The notes beneath the pieces are model-generated. The model did not search any database. It was not told the DNA's origin and saw only the letters and a list, made by a program, of their open reading frames with translations. The position numbers and the translations under genes were made by a program. Source: a virus (Duplodnaviria; Caudoviricetes). Taken from it: a stretch of 64,000 nt of DNA. How positions within the stretch are numbered: the first letter of the stretch is position 1; the number at the start of each line of letters is the position of its first letter. The stretch lies in the IMG/VR virus record IMGVR_UViG_2595698914_000001, positions 32,001 through 96,000 of that record; one strand, 5' to 3'. Shown in pieces: positions 60,477-64,000 of the stretch.

Positions 60477-60968
60477 ATGAGCAAAATTAATCAATTAAAA
60501 AATCAAACATTAACTAGTCGCTGTAAACCTAACTACAGTGGTAACATTAAACGTATGTTCCTGGGTACGTTAAATAGTAATACTGTATACGGTACTCTTA
60601 TAACTAATGAATTAATCTCACTACTTAAAAGTACTGTTGAGAAAGAAGACATAGATGGGGTCTTTGTAGATAATACAGTTAAATTAAATACAGCATCTGA
60701 GTTTGATGTAGTTAATCGATTTAAAGTGTTAGAAGTGGTTTGTCATTTTAAAGACGTTTATATAGACGTTATGATTGATAATTCGTCTCATCGAGAATTG
60801 ATTACTAATCCTGACTTCATTAATAAACTAGCTTTAGTTACAGTAAACGAAGCTAAGAAAGTAGAAAACACGGTGGTTAATGTACCTAAGAAATTATTAC
60901 GTATAGACATCCATGTTTATAGTAAAGAAGTACTGGAAGGTATTAAAGAAGCACAAGGCGAACATTAA
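60477..60968 (+). CDS. Hypothetical protein, possibly a very divergent prohead-protease-fold paralogue
   Basis: 163 aa. Weak pattern similarity (LGTLNSNTVYG...KLLRIDIH). Confidence 0.55.
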   Translation: MSKINQLKNQTLTSRCKPNYSGNIKRMFLGTLNSNTVYGTLITNELISLLKSTVEKEDIDGVFVDNTVKLNTASEFDVVNRFKVLEVVCHFKDVYIDVMIDNSSHRELITNPDFINKLALVTVNEAKKVENTVVNVPKKLLRIDIHVYSKEVLEGIKEAQGEH

Positions 60969-61030
60969 TGTATAGGAAGAAAACAATCCGTATCGTAGTA
61001 TTAGTGGTTATAATATTACTATTTATTTAA
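60968..61030 (+). CDS. 20-aa membrane microprotein MYRKKTIRIVVLVVIILLFI
   Basis: TAATG coupling to the upstream stop. Basic N-terminus and hydrophobic helix. Fills the intergenic gap. Confidence 0.5.
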   Translation: MYRKKTIRIVVLVVIILLFI

Positions 61031-61051
61031 TTGAATAAGGGAAACTTAAAA

Positions 61052-61801
61052 ATGAATAATGAATTCTTTAAAGAACTATCAGACACATTAGAAAGTGAAG
61101 CTAATGCTAAGGTTAATCGTGCGTATGAGTTATACTTGAAATGTGATGATATGTTTCGTTCTATTGTTCTACACCACATCGGTTTAAAAGACGTTCCTAC
61201 AGAAGAACGTATAAAAGAATGCTTCGACACATTGGAACTATTAGATGCTCTAGACCATGTCATTGAAGAAATGGAAGAAGACATCAAGCTTAATGGTTCT
61301 CGTGTAGAAGAAGTACCAGTAGTCGATATTAGTAAAGGTGTAGACTTAAATAAACCTATCGATAATGCACCATTGTACACAGAAGATTGTTTAACTTCTC
61401 TTTACTGGTCAGTAGATGATGCTCATGGACTTACGCGTGAAGATGTAGATAAGTTAGTAGCTATGGCTAAGGATATGTTACCTATCCCAGGTGAGTTGAA
61501 TCAGCCTACATTAAAAGAATGTGGTTCAGTTGAAGCATTACATGAACGTGTAGGCTCTATAGAACTGAGTAATGTATCTCATAATATCATAGGTATACGT
61601 GATGAAGGTGATAAAGTATTCTTCGACTACCGCGTATCTCATAATCCGCATCTACCAGAGATTGATATGTCTAAGTATCGTTTCGGTTATCGTGGGTTCT
61701 GTAATAAGGCTCACAGTGGTGAAAACGACATAGATACATTACGTCTAATTACCTTTGATTTAATTCCAATCGAGGAAGATGGTAATGAAGAAGCAGAATG
61801 A
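61052..61801 (+). CDS. Catalytically inactive prohead-protease paralogue with an acidic helical N-terminal domain
   Basis: GELNQP, RVGSIELSNVSHNI, FGYRGF and LITFDLI align with GEGDHP, RLGQIQAKAISHQI, FSVRSF and IITYDWV of the 54297 protease. Confidence 0.7.
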   Translation: MNNEFFKELSDTLESEANAKVNRAYELYLKCDDMFRSIVLHHIGLKDVPTEERIKECFDTLELLDALDHVIEEMEEDIKLNGSRVEEVPVVDISKGVDLNKPIDNAPLYTEDCLTSLYWSVDDAHGLTREDVDKLVAMAKDMLPIPGELNQPTLKECGSVEALHERVGSIELSNVSHNIIGIRDEGDKVFFDYRVSHNPHLPEIDMSKYRFGYRGFCNKAHSGENDIDTLRLITFDLIPIEEDGNEEAE

Positions 61802-62249
61802 TATTCCTGATTTAAGACTACCATTAGGTAAAGTAGGTGTCCAGATTGATATTCATCTACTTAATATTATGGCTGCTGAAATATTAAAGCCTAATGGTTT
61901 AATCTGTATCTTAGATGAACCCTTACCTGGACATAAGAAGATTAACTTACAGATTACCGACTTAGAAACTAAGAACGGTCATGTTACTATTAGTGCTAAA
62001 CGTATAGGTATGGTTCTGATGGATGAGTGTTGTAATACAAAGACACTTACGCCAATAGATATACCAGACCTAGCTAATGGTGCGTTCCTTAAGTTTACTT
62101 TAGATGGTGGTTGTAAGTTAAGTATTATCGTTCCTAAGGAAGAACGTCCTGTACTTCAAGTAGCAGTTAAAGAAGCTACATACTGTCCAAGTAAGAATAG
62201 TTACGTTTATATTAATAAGCTAGTTAAACCTTACTATTACGATAAGTAG
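61779..62249 (+). CDS. Hypothetical protein
   Basis: 156 aa, overlapping the end of the previous gene. Confidence 0.6.
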   Translation: MVMKKQNDIPDLRLPLGKVGVQIDIHLLNIMAAEILKPNGLICILDEPLPGHKKINLQITDLETKNGHVTISAKRIGMVLMDECCNTKTLTPIDIPDLANGAFLKFTLDGGCKLSIIVPKEERPVLQVAVKEATYCPSKNSYVYINKLVKPYYYDK

Positions 62250-62255
62250 TTTATT

Positions 62256-63539
62256 ATGGAACTAGGTAAAGAAGAATGGTTAGAAAAACTTAAAGATTTA
62301 TTACTTAAAGAAGATGAGGTCAGATTACTTATCTGTGGTAGTAGAGACTTAACAGACCCTGCACCCATATACAATATCCTAGTTCCTTTATTAGCCTCGC
62401 TTAGTATTGAGGTGGGTTCTAGGTTAATAATAGTTGAGGGTGGTGCTAGAGGTGCAGATAAGGTAGCTAAAGACTTAGCTTTACGTCTAGGATTACGTTG
62501 TGAAACCTACGTGGCTGATTGGGATAACTTAGGTCGTTCAGCGGGTTACGTTCGTAATGCTGATATGGTTAAAGTGTCTTCTGCTACATTAGCTTACTGG
62601 GATAGAATTAGTAAAGGTACCAAACACTCAATAAACCTTTCAATTAAAAAGAGGATACCCCTTATGATAGAGGATGGTAAATTAGATAAGTTGATGTCAG
62701 AGGGTGATGTGGTTAATAACTTAGTTAAAAATCATCTAATGAACAACCTAACATTCGCACAAAGCGACCTGCAAGAATCTGTATCGTATTTAAATGAAAT
62801 TACTAAATGCGATACTTCTTTGGTGGACTTAGTTGCAGAACTAGATAGAACACACGAAGTTAAGCCCGAATACCTAAACAGCATTAACCTAGATTATATC
62901 TCATCTAAGTTAGCAGTGCGTGGTATGGAAGCTGATAAGTTAACTGAGGTTAGTTCTCAGCTGTCTAAGATTAAAGATATAATTACCCCTAAGGTAGTTA
63001 ACTTAATATACTTAAAATTAGACACAGGCGGTTTCCCCGGATATAAACACTACATCCGTTCGAAGGGTGAAGATTATTATCCAGTATTACGTATAACAAT
63101 GATTATTAATGATGCTCCTCCTTTAGATTTAATTATTAATCCTAAGGAAACTATAGAACATATAGATAAAGGTGCTCTTAAGATTCATGAAGAAAGCGGT
63201 CTATTAGAATTAGCTAAGTCTTCTAAAATAGATTTAGAAACCGCCAACGCTATGGTTAAGAAGTATATACATGATACAGGTATTAAGTCTACTAACCCAA
63301 CAGATAATATTCATACTCATCTTGTTGGTTATAATACAGACTTCCTACGCACATTCATGACTGCTAAGTTCCCTAACGTACTTTCTATATGTAGCCCTAA
63401 AGATATAGATGTGTTTAAACTGGTAGGTGTAATGGAGATAACAGGTAAGTACGATATCATTCCTGTACCTCAGTTATACCGACATGACCCAATTAAGTAT
63501 TTAAATGTCTTAAAGAATACTGTAGATAAGATACTATAA
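62256..63539 (+). CDS. SLOG-family (DUF2493/YspA-like) domain fused to a degenerate DnaQ/DEDD exonuclease-like domain
   Basis: ICGSRD, EGGARGAD, AGYVRNADM and WD..SKGT (SLOG). C-terminal LKLDTGG...ALKIH..SGL...LVGYNTDF. Confidence 0.7.
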   Translation: MELGKEEWLEKLKDLLLKEDEVRLLICGSRDLTDPAPIYNILVPLLASLSIEVGSRLIIVEGGARGADKVAKDLALRLGLRCETYVADWDNLGRSAGYVRNADMVKVSSATLAYWDRISKGTKHSINLSIKKRIPLMIEDGKLDKLMSEGDVVNNLVKNHLMNNLTFAQSDLQESVSYLNEITKCDTSLVDLVAELDRTHEVKPEYLNSINLDYISSKLAVRGMEADKLTEVSSQLSKIKDIITPKVVNLIYLKLDTGGFPGYKHYIRSKGEDYYPVLRITMIINDAPPLDLIINPKETIEHIDKGALKIHEESGLLELAKSSKIDLETANAMVKKYIHDTGIKSTNPTDNIHTHLVGYNTDFLRTFMTAKFPNVLSICSPKDIDVFKLVGVMEITGKYDIIPVPQLYRHDPIKYLNVLKNTVDKIL

Positions 63540-63550
63540 TTTAATGTATT

Positions 63551-63580
63551 AAAAAGAAGGGTTTCGACTCTTCTTTTTTT
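63551..63580 (+). terminator. Intrinsic terminator
   Basis: aaaaagaagggt-ttcg-actcttcttttttt. Confidence 0.8.
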
Positions 63581-63605
63581 GTCTGTGTGATTAGCTATTT
63601 ATAAG

Positions 63606-63628
63606 CCTATATTATATAAGTGAATTAA
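63606..63628 (+). promoter_or_regulatory. Putative early promoter variant
   Basis: cctatattatataagtgaattaa, similar to 55159. Confidence 0.6.
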
Positions 63629-63705
63629 CGTATATTTAAACTATGTTATTTCATGAAGAAACCATTAAACATTATCCTAAGAAAATAAACTAAAGGAAAT
63701 TTCCT

Positions 63706-64000
63706 ATGAAAACGAATAACGTATTAGTACCTGCAACTGCAACTAAGTTCCTACCAACAGTTCTTACTGATGAGATTGCATTATATCAAGATAACAAAGA
63801 TAAAGAAATTCATCCACTAGTTGCGGATGTTGCTGCATTTGACCGTAGCTATGACTTTACTGACGACGGTAAGGTATGGGCTAATGCTCACAGACGTAAA
63901 GAGGAGTTGACTACAGCTATCTATGAAGCACCTACCTTTACGGAAGAACAGAAGGGTGCGTTATATACTGGATTAACGTTAAGAGGTCACAAGAGATTAG
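63706..64000 (+). CDS. Hypothetical protein, 3'-truncated by the window edge
   Basis: SD AAGGAAA, ATG at 63706 (MKTNNVLVPATATKF...). Frame stays open to the end. Confidence 0.65.
   Translation, partial: MKTNNVLVPATATKFLPTVLTDEIALYQDNKDKEIHPLVADVAAFDRSYDFTDDGKVWANAHRRKEELTTAIYEAPTFTEEQKGALYTGLTLRGHKRL

Overview
A 64-kb, AT-rich, gene-dense segment of a phiKZ-like (Chimalliviridae-type) jumbo phage. It carries these recognisable core genes: non-virion RNAP beta subunit (gp123-like), portal (gp129-like), RuvC-like resolvase, UvsX/RecA (gp152-like), virion RNAP beta subunits (gp149- and gp178-like), tape measure with an SLT lytic transglycosylase (gp181-like) and prohead protease (gp175-like). 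Accessory genes include a GroEL-like chaperonin, a GH108 endolysin, a 3TM holin, two SGNH-esterase tail spikes, an RNA ligase and an early-gene block at the right end. The most unusual region is 14.2-17.0 kb. It holds several structured RNA candidates starting at TATG motifs, and an origin-like tract (G-rich run, TA repeat, six GATC sites). It also holds an sRNA-like element whose anti-Shine-Dalgarno loop is complementary to the RBS of a nearby secreted-protein gene. Other oddities are catalytically dead prohead-protease paralogues, absence of the virion RNAP beta-prime (gp180-like) gene from its usual position, and a perfect 46-bp palindrome. phiKZ gene numbers come from motif recognition and remembered synteny, not from database searches.
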